DNA from: a virus
Taxonomy: Duplodnaviria > Caudoviricetes
DNA length: 64,000 bases
Reading direction: 5' to 3' (one strand)
IMG/VR virus record: IMGVR_UViG_3300020048_000002
The number at the start of each line of letters is the position of its first letter. Position 1 is the first letter of the stretch. This document shows positions 39,786-50,976 of this stretch, in pieces. A program made the position numbers and the translations under genes. The notes beneath the pieces were generated by a model. The model was not told the origin of the DNA and made no database searches. It saw nothing but the letters and a program-made list of their open reading frames with translations.

Positions 39786-40173
39786 CCTTGTACCTCTCTC
39801 TCGCTGGTAACAGAGGGGTCTTGCGGGGCCTTGGAGGCTCTACCACCGGGACAGGCTTCACGAGAGGTACCCGTTTGACGGGCTTCGGGATCTTGGGCGG
39901 GAGCGGCGGTTTCGCGTACGGCTTTGGGATCGGGATCGGATCTCTCGGTTTATGCGGTCTTTTCGGCTTCTGTGGCTTGCGAGGCGGAGTGGGCTTGCCT
40001 CGTTGGTGTTCGGGCTTGAGGTCATCGTGACTGACGGACTCGAAGCGAGACCCGTCCTCACGTAACGTCTCAGGGGTGACGTAAACGATACGGCCCGTGT
40101 CCTTGTTCCGGACCGGGACTTCGTTCGTCGCCTCTAGGTACCGAGCCACAACTCGGCGTGCCATCTCGTCCAT
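39778..40173 (-). CDS. Pro/Lys-rich basic protein
   Basis: Starts MDEMARRVVARYLEA; polyproline basic tail. Confidence 0.6.
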   Translation of the reverse strand: MDEMARRVVARYLEATNEVPVRNKDTGRIVYVTPETLREDGSRFESVSHDDLKPEHQRGKPTPPRKPQKPKRPHKPRDPIPIPKPYAKPPLPPKIPKPVKRVPLVKPVPVVEPPRPRKTPLLPARERYKDG

Positions 40174-40208
40174 GCAAGTAGAAGGGGAGCAAAAGACGAA
40201 ACGCAAGC

Positions 40209-40928
40209 TCAGGGCAGGTCCTTCTTCGACCGGGCATCGAACACGGAGGCCATGGCGCTTCCGAGAATCCCTGTAAGAACCAGCAGGATGTCCTTGACCA
40301 TCCCGATCCCCTCCGTACCGGACGCCCGTGTCATCCACTGCACCACGATCAGGACGGCCAGCATGAACACGAGACCGACCGTACCCTTGAAGATCAAACG
40401 AAGAACCGAGATCTGAGCCGTGAGTCTCCGCTCTTTCGCCAAAATATCTTCGGTCAGAAGGCGGGCAGCCTCAGCTTCTTTCGCCAACTTCTCCGACCGA
40501 GCAAGAGCCTCCGATAGCTGGCGCTCCCGCTCCAAGTCTTTTGAGCAGTCCCGAAGAACGGCTACGAAGTACTGCTGAGAGGAGTTCCGGATGTGCGCAA
40601 CGTTGATCTGCACATCCAATAGAGCACCCCCTCGGGTGACGATCTGAAGTTGCCTCCAGGCACCCATGATGCCGGAAGGCCGGATCGATGGAGCATCCAT
40701 GTAACTCGAAACAAAACCCCGATGTTGTCTCCCAATGCTATCCGGCATGAGAGTCCGAACATCGACTCCAACAAGTTCTTTTCCGCTCATGTATCCGAAC
40801 AAGCTCGCAGCCGCAGAGTTCGCGTGCAAGACACGAATATCCCCGCTGCGATCTGTCGGGACGTCTCCGACAAGCATGGAAATCTGTAGCCGATCGGCTA
40901 CAGAGGTGAGCGTTTCAAGAAGGTCCAT
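40209..40928 (-). CDS. PAS-domain membrane protein
   Basis: ANSAAASLFGY..ELVGVDVRTLMP....QH, then coiled coil and two C-terminal hydrophobic helices. Confidence 0.8.
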   Translation of the reverse strand: MDLLETLTSVADRLQISMLVGDVPTDRSGDIRVLHANSAAASLFGYMSGKELVGVDVRTLMPDSIGRQHRGFVSSYMDAPSIRPSGIMGAWRQLQIVTRGGALLDVQINVAHIRNSSQQYFVAVLRDCSKDLERERQLSEALARSEKLAKEAEAARLLTEDILAKERRLTAQISVLRLIFKGTVGLVFMLAVLIVVQWMTRASGTEGIGMVKDILLVLTGILGSAMASVFDARSKKDLP

Positions 40929-40984
40929 CCATGAGGAGCGCCTGAAAGGGACTTTCGTGCTGCTCTTCTGGTGGGCCTCTCAGC

Positions 40985-41150
40985 CTCTCCGAACCACTCT
41001 CACTTCGACGACTACCTACCGAACCACTACTCGACGTACTACTTGAACCCGTACTACTCGTCGTATCTGTTGGATGACTTGCTCTACTTGAACTTGCTGT
41101 AGGACGACTTGCTGAACTCGTACTTGCTGAACTTGTTGAAGCAGTTGAGG
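40985..41150. repeat. Degenerate short-repeat tract
   Basis: Recurrent CCGAACCACT, GTACTACT, TACTTGAAC, GACTTGCT and ACTTGCTGAACT with 3-nt periodicity. Confidence 0.65.
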
Positions 41151-41189
41151 TATGTGAAACAATGGAGGAGATGGATCTCAGGTTTCTCT

Positions 41190-41430
41190 AGACTCTTCCT
41201 ACTTAGAAGTAGGAGGGATAGATCTGATCGGTCTAGTCTATCCTGCTAGGTACTTCGGAGGAAAGAGAGGGGGTTTCCGATCCCTGGTCTTTCCTTCTCC
41301 TGCCGAAGAAGTGGGTACCTCTTCGGTTGCCGTTAGAAGCTCCTCTTACGAGGCATCCAGCTTCTACCTGAGCAACGGGCTTTTCGGAGGTGGGTATACC
41401 TCCAGAAGAACCTTACAACTTCTGTTCCCG
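41190..41430. other. Cluster of inverted repeats (structured RNA or origin candidate)
   Basis: TCCTACTT/AAGTAGGA, GGATAGA/TCTATCC, CCGAAGA/TCTTCGG, TAGAAGCT/AGCTTCTA, GGAGGT/ACCTCC and CAGAAG/CTTCTG. Confidence 0.55.
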
Positions 41431-41431
41431 G

Positions 41432-41830
41432 ATGAGGGTGGGAGAGGTTCTAACTGGAGGGCTGGATCGGGTCAAGCGAAAATCGGTTGCCCTTCCGAGC
41501 AACCTGACGGAAAGAAGAGAGATGCAACCCTCCACCCTACTAGACTTGTCGGATGTTCAGGGCACCCCCCGAGTAAAGCTCACCCTCCCACCCCTTCGAG
41601 TCGGAGATCGTGTGCGCCTTGCGTTTCGTGTCCAGCGGAACCACAAGGGGAGGCATGAGGTGCTCGATGTCTCAGGGGACTTTCGAGTGACGGCTTCCGT
41701 GACGACACTGGAGCACCAGCACCTATCGGTTGAATCTGTCGGAAAGACCCCCTCTTGGCGAGCCGTGAGGAAGGACATAGCTTTCCGGCGTCAGATACCT
41801 CCCGCCATTTTCCCACCCACCGTCCTATGA
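41432..41830 (+). CDS. Hypothetical protein
   Basis: First plus-strand gene after the switch; start uncertain. Confidence 0.5.
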   Translation: MRVGEVLTGGLDRVKRKSVALPSNLTERREMQPSTLLDLSDVQGTPRVKLTLPPLRVGDRVRLAFRVQRNHKGRHEVLDVSGDFRVTASVTTLEHQHLSVESVGKTPSWRAVRKDIAFRRQIPPAIFPPTVL

Positions 41831-42111
41831 GCACACCGGAAAGGCTACCTACCGCGATCTTCGTACCCAACGAGGAGGACTTCATCATTTACCGGGGTAC
41901 CCCGGACGAGATGGTCTCCTCGATGGCTCAAGCCATGGGCGCTGACTCCATCGAGGAAGCCATCCAGGGCCTCATTTTCAACCTAGCCTTGCACTGGAAG
42001 GTCTTCATCCGGTTGCCCGAAGACCCGTCCCTCGGAGAGAAGGACCTGGCGGCCTTCTTCGTTCACGCCCTGCTCGACACGAAGATTGCCCGCCCCATGG
42101 CTCAGGCTTGA
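41827..42111 (+). CDS. Hypothetical protein
   Basis: ATGA overlap with the previous gene. Confidence 0.55.
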   Translation: MSTPERLPTAIFVPNEEDFIIYRGTPDEMVSSMAQAMGADSIEEAIQGLIFNLALHWKVFIRLPEDPSLGEKDLAAFFVHALLDTKIARPMAQA

Positions 42112-42235
42112 CCGTAGAGGGCCTCTCAAGCCTTCCGAGGGCCTGGCTGCCTTCTGGTCGGAACGCCCCGCCTGTAGGCGGGCTACAGGCGAAAACGCAG
42201 GTCGCTCGGGATCCGGGTCGGTGTATAGGGACCGC

Positions 42236-42811
42236 ATGACAATCCTCGGGCTTCTTCCTGACCATGAGATCCTACGTCTGCGAACGACCCTCATCGAGCC
42301 GTTCGACGAGAAGTGTGTTCAGCCCGCAAGCTACGACTTGACCCTACACCCGGAGGCTCTTGCACCTCCGGCCACACGGTTCTCACGGACCATCGATCTC
42401 CGTACGGACCATCCCCTGGATGCGATGCGTCCCGTCACTATCGGGGACGGGTTCGACTTGCTACCGGGGGCTTGTCTCATCGCCTCGACGGAAGAATACA
42501 TCTACTGCCCTTCCGACATCGTGGCGCGTGTCGAGGGCAAATCGAGCCTTGGTCGACTCTTCCTGGCGGTACACGTTACGGCAGGATGGGTGGACGCAGG
42601 TTGGCGTGGACAAATCACCTTGGAGGTGGTCAATCACGGCCCTTGGTCGGTTCGGTTGTGGGCCGGGATGAAGATCGCGCAAGTGAACTTCACCCGCATG
42701 GCGAGCCCCTGTGCGGTTCCCTACGGTTCCCCGCAACTTGGCAGCCACTATCAAGCCCAAGAGGGACCAACCGCCGCCGTAGGGAAACGGTCGTTTGAGT
42801 CAAAGCGTTAG
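42236..42811 (+). CDS. dcd: dCTP deaminase
   Basis: QPASYDL, EGKSSLGRL..VHVTAGWVDAGWRGQITLE and YQAQ. Confidence 0.92.
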   Translation: MTILGLLPDHEILRLRTTLIEPFDEKCVQPASYDLTLHPEALAPPATRFSRTIDLRTDHPLDAMRPVTIGDGFDLLPGACLIASTEEYIYCPSDIVARVEGKSSLGRLFLAVHVTAGWVDAGWRGQITLEVVNHGPWSVRLWAGMKIAQVNFTRMASPCAVPYGSPQLGSHYQAQEGPTAAVGKRSFESKR

Positions 42812-42944
42812 CCGTTCAACCACTGAACGACCAAGACCATGGCGCAAGTGTAAAGGCCCCCAAAGAACAAGCCGACATGAAAACCCTCTTTCCAAGCGGG
42901 CATGTCGGCTTCGTCGTTTCGGCTCTTGTGTAGGTTGTTGTCCA
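42808..42944 (-). CDS. Small membrane protein
   Basis: Manual ORF ...MPAWKEGFHVGLFFGGLYTCAMVLVVQWLNG*, directly after a class A motif. Confidence 0.5.
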
Positions 42945-42950
42945 CCCCTG

Positions 42951-42980
42951 TAGTACGACTCAGGTGGCTCCAAAATCAAC
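42951..42980 (-). promoter_or_regulatory. Class A promoter-like motif
   Basis: GTTGATTTTG-N10-AGTCGTACTA, copy 1 of 3. Confidence 0.7.
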
Positions 42981-43329
42981 CGAGATACGCGACGACCTCC
43001 ACACGATTTTCGTCGAGCTTCGTGAACTGGAAGCCCATCGCCGTGTTGGAGACTTCCACAGGGGAGAACGGGTCTTGCGGATTCGACTGGCTGACGTCCA
43101 GGTGCAGGTGCGCCGACTGGTCCCGAACCTTCCAGGAGTCGAGCATGTCGGTGAACTCGAATCCGTGCTTCTCCAGGACGTTTCCTGCCGCCGAGTGCGC
43201 GTGACCCACGGATCGGAATCGACCGTTGCCGTCAAGCCCCGCCTTCCGGAGGTCGGCGTTGATTTCTCGGATCGTGCCCTGGTCCATCTTGACGGAGGCG
43301 GCAGCGGTGCGTCGGTCGTAGCTGTACAT
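42976..43329 (-). CDS. Hypothetical protein
   Basis: Starts MYSYDRRTAA. Confidence 0.65.
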   Translation of the reverse strand: MYSYDRRTAAASVKMDQGTIREINADLRKAGLDGNGRFRSVGHAHSAAGNVLEKHGFEFTDMLDSWKVRDQSAHLHLDVSQSNPQDPFSPVEVSNTAMGFQFTKLDENRVEVVAYLG

Positions 43330-43377
43330 CGTACCCACCCTTCTTTGATAAAAGGTTCACCTTCCGACTACAGCCGG

Positions 43378-43686
43378 TCAGCCCTTCTGTCCGGCGAAGC
43401 CGGAGATTTGCTCCCAGCCGGAGCCGCCGTGCGTCGGGCTAGATCCCTTGCCGTACCAACGGTCATGGGAGTTCGATCGGAACCCGCGTACCTCTCGGAC
43501 AGGCTTGCGCTCCCCGATCTTGATCCCGTAGCCCTTCACGAGAGCTACGATGGTCGATAGGTGAATCCCTACGGCTTCGGCAATCGCCTCGACCTCCTGG
43601 AAACTCACTTCGGCCCGATCTTCGTCCGAGACGTCCTCGACGAACGCCTCGACCGCTCGTTCGGCTTTTTGAAGTAGCTCGCTCAT
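43378..43686 (-). CDS. Hypothetical protein
   Basis: 102 aa directly after a class A motif. Confidence 0.65.
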   Translation of the reverse strand: MSELLQKAERAVEAFVEDVSDEDRAEVSFQEVEAIAEAVGIHLSTIVALVKGYGIKIGERKPVREVRGFRSNSHDRWYGKGSSPTHGGSGWEQISGFAGQKG

Positions 43687-43691
43687 GCCCC

Positions 43692-43721
43692 TAGTACGAC
43701 TCAGGGGTACTCAAAATCAAC
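43692..43721 (-). promoter_or_regulatory. Class A promoter-like motif
   Basis: Copy 2 of 3. Confidence 0.7.
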
Positions 43722-44232
43722 GCTCGTCGTCCAAGAGGCGAGAAAAATCTGTGCGTCGCTCAAACCGTCGGAACTCGTCGAGGAAGAACCTGCCGTCCAC
43801 CCAAAAAGAAACGTGGTTGAGCCCGTCACGTAAAATGTGAACTTTCCCCTGCTTGGGGTCGATGTCGAGGATCATGTAAAGTTGGCCTGACTTTGCCTCC
43901 CACTCCTCTCCCGCCCGACAAGGCAAGGGGACGACCTTGAACGGAGGTGGGTCATGGGCTCGAAAGTAGTAGCGAAAATCTTCGGCCAACATGATACGTG
44001 AGGGTTCATCTTCCGCCTGATACCGCACGGGACTCTTTGGGTCGAACGAGTCTCCCTGAACGTCCAGCACGGCGACAAGCTGCCCCGTGGCACGCTCTAC
44101 CCATCTCGCTCCCTTGAGGATGGGTCGAAACACTTGGGTCGACTCGGAAAACGTGAGCGGGCACGCACGGCAAGCCCAGGCGTTACCTTGCCTCTCGACA
44201 GAGCCCTCTTGTTCGCATCTAGGGCACCGCAT
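43717..44232 (-). CDS. Zinc-ribbon protein
   Basis: CPRC...CRAC. Confidence 0.6.
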   Translation of the reverse strand: MRCPRCEQEGSVERQGNAWACRACPLTFSESTQVFRPILKGARWVERATGQLVAVLDVQGDSFDPKSPVRYQAEDEPSRIMLAEDFRYYFRAHDPPPFKVVPLPCRAGEEWEAKSGQLYMILDIDPKQGKVHILRDGLNHVSFWVDGRFFLDEFRRFERRTDFSRLLDDER

Positions 44233-44263
44233 CGTGTTTTTCCTACTACGTGTCCTCTAGCGT

Positions 44264-44656
44264 ATGTCGAACGAGACGTACCTGTACTTGGAGCAGCTTG
44301 GGGTACTCCCCCAAGATTTGCAAACCTTAGCGCAAGTTCCTCGATCTGAAGCCGTCCGATTGCTCGAAGCATTGAAAGAAAGGGTACGTCGAAACTGGAA
44401 GCGTCTCGCTTTCCAACTCCACCCGGACCGCACGGGCAACGACCCTCAAAAGACGGCGCATTTCCAGCGGCTCACGGAAGTCCGAGAAAAGTTCGAGCAG
44501 GTCGAGCTGTTACCGGAGCCCGTCCCCACGGCGGTCTACTCCTACACGTCAGCTCAGGCCCCGTACAGTCCCGGTGTTGTGTTCCATCGAGTTCCCCGCC
44601 CTACACGACCCACAGGAGTCAACGTGGGTCGTGTAGCCTCGAACATGAAGCCGTGA
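44264..44656 (+). CDS. J-domain (DnaJ-like) protein
   Basis: WKRLAFQLHPDRTGND...FQRL. Confidence 0.75.
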   Translation: MSNETYLYLEQLGVLPQDLQTLAQVPRSEAVRLLEALKERVRRNWKRLAFQLHPDRTGNDPQKTAHFQRLTEVREKFEQVELLPEPVPTAVYSYTSAQAPYSPGVVFHRVPRPTRPTGVNVGRVASNMKP

Positions 44657-44673
44657 CGGTGTAAACTCGTCGA

Positions 44674-45012
44674 GTGATCCGCACCGTCAAGGTACAAGCC
44701 ATTCTTCTCGACCCCCTCGGGTACTTTGACGTGATTCCCGAGCCCATCGTCGAGTTCATGCGCCTCTGGGCGTCTCGACTCGAACCCGAGATGGAGCCCA
44801 CGGACTTCATGACTTCCTACTACGTTCTCCTAGAGGACGTGCAGAAGGGGGACGTCAAAAGCTGGCTCACCCCCTGCGTAAAGCTCCACCCGTGGATTTT
44901 TGCGATCTTTCCCCACTTGCTCCCCGCTCTCCTCCCCCGAGAGGAAGCTCAGAGAGTTCATGCAATTTGGGTGGAGAGCTTGAAGGCTCTCCGGTGTAAC
45001 GAAGAAGGGTGA
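44674..45012 (+). CDS. Hypothetical protein
   Basis: 112 aa; GGTGTA motif 10 nt upstream. Confidence 0.6.
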   Translation: MIRTVKVQAILLDPLGYFDVIPEPIVEFMRLWASRLEPEMEPTDFMTSYYVLLEDVQKGDVKSWLTPCVKLHPWIFAIFPHLLPALLPREEAQRVHAIWVESLKALRCNEEG

Positions 45013-45488
45013 ACATCTTCGCGCTTTCTGAAGACCCCGCCGAGGCCGCTCGATGGACCATCGACAAGCACGCAAACAAGATGGTCTTGGAGACGGCTCA
45101 GATTCTCTCTACCATCTCCTGGCAGTTCGGGGTCCCTGCTCCTTACAAGCCCACACATGCACGACACCCGTGTACCCTATGGGCCGCAGAGACTTACGCC
45201 AACTGGCGGTGGCTCCTCGAACACGGACTTGCTCTCTCCGCTGAGTATCGGCGAAGATACGAAAAGACGCACGCATCGGAGCGGGTCATCTCATGGGCGT
45301 CTGAGCATGGGGGGCACCCGGAACGCACCTTGACCACTCGGACACCCTTTGCTCAGGCCATGCCTGACGTGTATAAGCGGGAAGATCCCGTTCTAGCGTA
45401 TCGATCGTATTATCTGGGGGCCAAGCGGGACATGGCGAGCTGGAAGGCTCCCGCTGAACCGCCCCCTTGGTGGAACACCCAAACCTAG
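45009..45488 (+). CDS. Pyrimidine-dimer glycosylase (DenV-like) family protein
   Basis: MNIF...DKH..KMVLETAQIL, YKPTH.HPCTLW, TPFAQAMP and YR.YY. Confidence 0.8.
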   Translation: MNIFALSEDPAEAARWTIDKHANKMVLETAQILSTISWQFGVPAPYKPTHARHPCTLWAAETYANWRWLLEHGLALSAEYRRRYEKTHASERVISWASEHGGHPERTLTTRTPFAQAMPDVYKREDPVLAYRSYYLGAKRDMASWKAPAEPPPWWNTQT

Positions 45489-45497
45489 AGGTAGATC

Positions 45498-45602
45498 ATG
45501 CCGAAGTATCAAGTCGAAGTGACTGAGGTCAAAGAAGGTAGCGGTTGCGGCTGGCTCATCGTCATCCTCGTCATTCTCTTCTTCCTTCTTTCTAGCAAGT
45601 AA
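45498..45602 (+). CDS. Small membrane protein (34 aa)
   Basis: GAGG SD; MPKYQVEVTEVKEGSGCGWLIVILVILFFLLSSK. Confidence 0.55.
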   Translation: MPKYQVEVTEVKEGSGCGWLIVILVILFFLLSSK

Positions 45603-45898
45603 TGGCCACGCTCGAACTCACGGACGACGAGGTTCAGGTTCTTGCCCGTTTACTCAAACGGGCGGGCAACCATGCGGTGAACCAAGGGCACAGTCCAGGC
45701 AACTTCAGCTTGCGTTCCGAGTTGCTTCTCACGGTAGGTCAAGCAACAGCGATGGCCCCAAGACTACGTGCCGAGATGGCAAAGACCGAGGGCCTCTCGT
45801 CGGATGGGGCGAACTCAACGAACGGCTACTTTGACGACTGGGCGCTGTTCCGTCATTTTGAGGTCAAGGTCACAAGACTCTTGCCGGGGGGCAAGTGA
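45602..45898 (+). CDS. Hypothetical protein
   Basis: TAATG translational coupling. Confidence 0.6.
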   Translation: MATLELTDDEVQVLARLLKRAGNHAVNQGHSPGNFSLRSELLLTVGQATAMAPRLRAEMAKTEGLSSDGANSTNGYFDDWALFRHFEVKVTRLLPGGK

Positions 45899-46167
45899 GC
45901 GATGGCGGTAAAGTCCGTGTGAAAAAGCCTTCAGCGGACACCATGAAGCTCACCAAGGATGAGGCGGATGCTCTTGTGCAGGGCATCAAGAACCACGTCG
46001 CCAAAACACCAGTTCAAGAGGAAGCTCGCAAAGAAGCCAAGAAGAAGGTCCTTTTGCAGCTACCCGAGGATGTCCACAAACAACTCAGGCATCGCTGCAT
46101 CGATGATGGTGTCACCCTCGGCACCCTCATCGAAAGGGCCATTGCGGCGTACCTGTCTAAGCCGTGA
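45895..46167 (+). CDS. Ribbon-helix-helix DNA-binding protein
   Basis: KKVLLQLPEDVHKQLR...TLGTLIERAIAAYL. Confidence 0.7.
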   Translation: MSDGGKVRVKKPSADTMKLTKDEADALVQGIKNHVAKTPVQEEARKEAKKKVLLQLPEDVHKQLRHRCIDDGVTLGTLIERAIAAYLSKP

Positions 46168-46775
46168 CCCTGTGGCTCCCCCTTTTACTGTGGCTGTTTC
46201 AACCCTGCCCCTTGGACATGGTTCAAGTGCGGGGTTTTTGCATTGACCGTTACGAGGCTCCAAACATCGAAGGGGCACTCCCCCTCGTCATGCAGAGCCT
46301 CGTCGATGCCGAAGCCTTCTGCGGAGCACGGGGCAAACGAGTTTGCCGAGAACGAGAATGGGAAGCTGCTTGCCGGAGCCACGACAACCGCTTGTGGAGC
46401 CGGGGGAACAAGCCCGAACGAAAGACCTGCAACAACGGTCACCAGTGGGTAGCTTACGACATCGATCGTTTTGCGAACCCTCGAACACAAGCCGATGAGG
46501 TTGCTCGGCTCTTCCGTGCAAGTCCTTCCGGTTCCTTCCATCGATGCCATACGCCCGAGGGCGTTTTTGACCTCGATGGCAACGTCGAGGAGTGGGTGCT
46601 CTCGGACAACCCCTCTTCTCCTTGGCGCGGGACACTCAAGGGTGGGTTCTGGGCCAAACCCTACACACAGTGCCTCGGATCCAACGACGTTCACGAGCCA
46701 ACGTTCCGGTTCTACGAGACAGGCTTCCGCTGCTGTGCGAGCCAGAACCCGTTGTTTCGTCCTCTAGCTCAATGA
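46164..46775 (+). CDS. FGE-sulfatase/SUMF1 (C-type lectin fold) domain protein
   Basis: FCIDRYE, EREWEAAC, GVFDLDGNVEEW and GFRCC; hydrophobic N-terminus. Confidence 0.85.
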   Translation: MTLWLPLLLWLFQPCPLDMVQVRGFCIDRYEAPNIEGALPLVMQSLVDAEAFCGARGKRVCREREWEAACRSHDNRLWSRGNKPERKTCNNGHQWVAYDIDRFANPRTQADEVARLFRASPSGSFHRCHTPEGVFDLDGNVEEWVLSDNPSSPWRGTLKGGFWAKPYTQCLGSNDVHEPTFRFYETGFRCCASQNPLFRPLAQ

Positions 46776-46781
46776 ACAACG

Positions 46782-46820
46782 AAGCCCCCTGTTGCGCAAA
46801 CCGTGCAACAGGGGGCTTTT
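46782..46820. terminator. Terminator between convergent genes
   Basis: AAGCCCCCTGTTGC...GCAACAGGGGGCTT followed by TT. Confidence 0.75.
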
Positions 46821-46840
46821 CGACAACCAGAGTTTACGTG

Positions 46841-48879
<2,039 letters not shown>

Positions 48880-48984
48880 AGGGTAAACTTTAGGTAAAGT
48901 GCTAATGCCTTGGCCTAGTAAACGAGATGAGCTTTGAACATGGCATGGAACTAGATGAGCAACCTTGCGGTTGGAGGTTCTCCG

Positions 48985-50184
48985 ATGCCGTGGACAAAGA
49001 GTGATGTAGCCAAAGCGCAACGCATCCTAAAGCGCCATCATGTAGCCCATTTCCAAGAGGCCCTGCAAGAGATCAGCGTCGTCTTAGGCCGAGAGATCAC
49101 ATCTGCCGCACTTCGTGGCTTGTTTCAGCGGCGCAGGTTAGGCCCACCGTCGTCCTTCTGCAAGCAGTGGGAAGAAGAAAGCCAGCCCGCAAACCTGAAG
49201 CAGATGGACCCTCTCCAGGCTAAGCTGGTCGAGGTCACTCGAAAAGGCCCTATTCAGTTTTCCGCCCTGTGTGACAAGCTCAACCTGTCCCCCTCAAAGA
49301 CTCGTGAGCTAATCGGAAAAGCCAGGCAAGCGGGCGTAGCTCTGCATGTAGAGCACGATCACGTTGGGATTCGGCACGCCCACGAAGAGAAGGTTACGAC
49401 GGTCGGGATCGCGCCTGTCATCGGGGAGAGGCAGAAGGTAGCCGTCATCTCCGACACGCACCTGGGCTCGAAGTATTGTCTGAGAGAACAACTTCGAGAC
49501 TTCATCGAGTATGCGTACGCCCAAGGCGTGCGAGACATTCTGCACCCCGGAGACGTGCTCGACGGTATGTACCGTCACGGACTCTGGGAAGTGAGTCATT
49601 CCGGGCTTGAGGCGCAAACCCAAGACCTGTTCGAGACGTTGCCCAAGAAGCCAGGGCTCAAGTACCACTGCATCACGGGGAACCACGACTGGACCTTCGC
49701 CGAAGCAAGTGGGGTCGATGTGGGGTCCTACATGGTGACGTACTTCCGTGAAAGAGGGCGAAACGACCTTCACTTCTACGGGAATCGAGGGGCTTTCCTA
49801 CGGATCAAAGGGGCTCTGGTCCACCTTTGGCACCCCCGTAGCGGATCGAGCTACGCTAAGTCCTACGGGATCCAGAAGCACATCGAGAAGTACTCCTCCG
49901 CAGAAAAACCCAGCATCCTTCTTTGCGGGCACTGGCACGTCTACTGTCACGTCTACGAACGTGGGGTTCACGGAATCGCTTGTCCGACGTTTCAAGGCGG
50001 AGGATCTGCGTTCTCGAAAAGCCTGGGCGGTGCCCCTGCGATTGGAGGGCTCCTCCTTTCATGGGACCTCACGGAGCACGGGACTCTACGGAACTTCACC
50101 TTGGAGAAGCGGAGCTACTTCGAGAACGAGCGTCCTCAAACCGTAGAAGATCGCGAAGAAATCTTGGTGGGAGGCCGATCATGA
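48985..50184 (+). CDS. HTH plus calcineurin-like metallophosphoesterase
   Basis: SDTHLG, GDVLDG, GNHD and GHWH; start after GGAGG. Confidence 0.8.
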   Translation: MPWTKSDVAKAQRILKRHHVAHFQEALQEISVVLGREITSAALRGLFQRRRLGPPSSFCKQWEEESQPANLKQMDPLQAKLVEVTRKGPIQFSALCDKLNLSPSKTRELIGKARQAGVALHVEHDHVGIRHAHEEKVTTVGIAPVIGERQKVAVISDTHLGSKYCLREQLRDFIEYAYAQGVRDILHPGDVLDGMYRHGLWEVSHSGLEAQTQDLFETLPKKPGLKYHCITGNHDWTFAEASGVDVGSYMVTYFRERGRNDLHFYGNRGAFLRIKGALVHLWHPRSGSSYAKSYGIQKHIEKYSSAEKPSILLCGHWHVYCHVYERGVHGIACPTFQGGGSAFSKSLGGAPAIGGLLLSWDLTEHGTLRNFTLEKRSYFENERPQTVEDREEILVGGRS

Positions 50185-50795
50185 TCGAGAACATCGAGAT
50201 CGATCCGAAGATCAAGGTCCGAGAGGTCAATGACCTCCTCGTCTGCCCTCAAGTCGTGAGGGTGAAGTCCTTCACGGAGGACGCTCTCCACCTGTTCGCA
50301 CACGAGATGAGCATGGCACATTACAGCGGCCAGCCCATCATCCCTATCGTCATCGACTCCTACGGAGGTGATGCTTACGCGCTGTTCTCCATGGTGGACA
50401 TCATCCGGACCGCGAAAAGGCCGGTTGCGACCATCGTGGAGGGCAAGGCCATGAGCTGTGGGGCCGTCCTCTTTACGTGCGGGGCCGAAGGGTACCGGTT
50501 CATGGGTCCCAACGCGACCTTGATGCTGCATGACGTTTCGACGGAGGACATGACCGGAAAGGCCGAGGACGTTAAGGTCGGCGCAAAAGAGACGGGCCGC
50601 CTAAATCGGCGTATGTGGAAGCTCATGGAGCAAAACGTCGGGCAGCCCAACGGCTATCTGTGGAAACAAGCTCAGGCCCGAGGTCGAACCGATTGGTACA
50701 TGGACCCGAAGGAAGCCCTCCGGCACAACATCGCCAACCACATTCGGGTTCCTTCGTTACGAACTGTCATTCGAGTCGACACGGTGCTCGAATGA
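50181..50795 (+). CDS. clpP: ClpP-family protease
   Basis: IDSYGG, AMSCG (Ser), LMLH (His) and DWYMDPKEAL. Confidence 0.8.
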   Translation: MIENIEIDPKIKVREVNDLLVCPQVVRVKSFTEDALHLFAHEMSMAHYSGQPIIPIVIDSYGGDAYALFSMVDIIRTAKRPVATIVEGKAMSCGAVLFTCGAEGYRFMGPNATLMLHDVSTEDMTGKAEDVKVGAKETGRLNRRMWKLMEQNVGQPNGYLWKQAQARGRTDWYMDPKEALRHNIANHIRVPSLRTVIRVDTVLE

Positions 50796-50905
50796 GAACG
50801 AATCCCCCCACGCACGACCCCGATGAGGACAGGGCTTTACTCGGGATGGTTTTGATCCTGATCGTAGCAACACACGTTGCGGCCAAGATCCTTTGGGGTC
50901 GGTAG
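50792..50905 (+). CDS. Small membrane protein
   Basis: 37 aa with one hydrophobic helix; ATGA overlap. Confidence 0.4.
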   Translation: MRTNPPTHDPDEDRALLGMVLILIVATHVAAKILWGR

Positions 50906-50976
50906 CTGGGGCGCTAGGATTCGAACCTAGATAGCAAGAGTCAGAATCTTGCGTCCTGCCGTTAGACGACGCCCCA
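50906..50976 (-). tRNA. tRNA-Gln(CTG)
   Basis: Acceptor TGGGGCG/CGCCCCA, anticodon arm CAAGA-TTCTGAC-TCTTG, T arm CTAGG-TTCGAAT-CCTAG; CCA not encoded. Confidence 0.92.

Noticed and set aside
40915-41187. Ser/Thr-rich minus-strand reading frame as a CDS
   Set aside because: It has no canonical start or SD; it is kept only as a repeat finding.
46164-46775. FGE/C-type lectin fold protein as a diversity-generating retroelement target
   Set aside because: No reverse transcriptase or template repeat is visible in the window.
50906-50976. Suppressor tRNA or stop-codon recoding
   Set aside because: The anticodon is CTG (Gln), and genes are intact under the standard code with TAG, TGA and TAA all used as stops.
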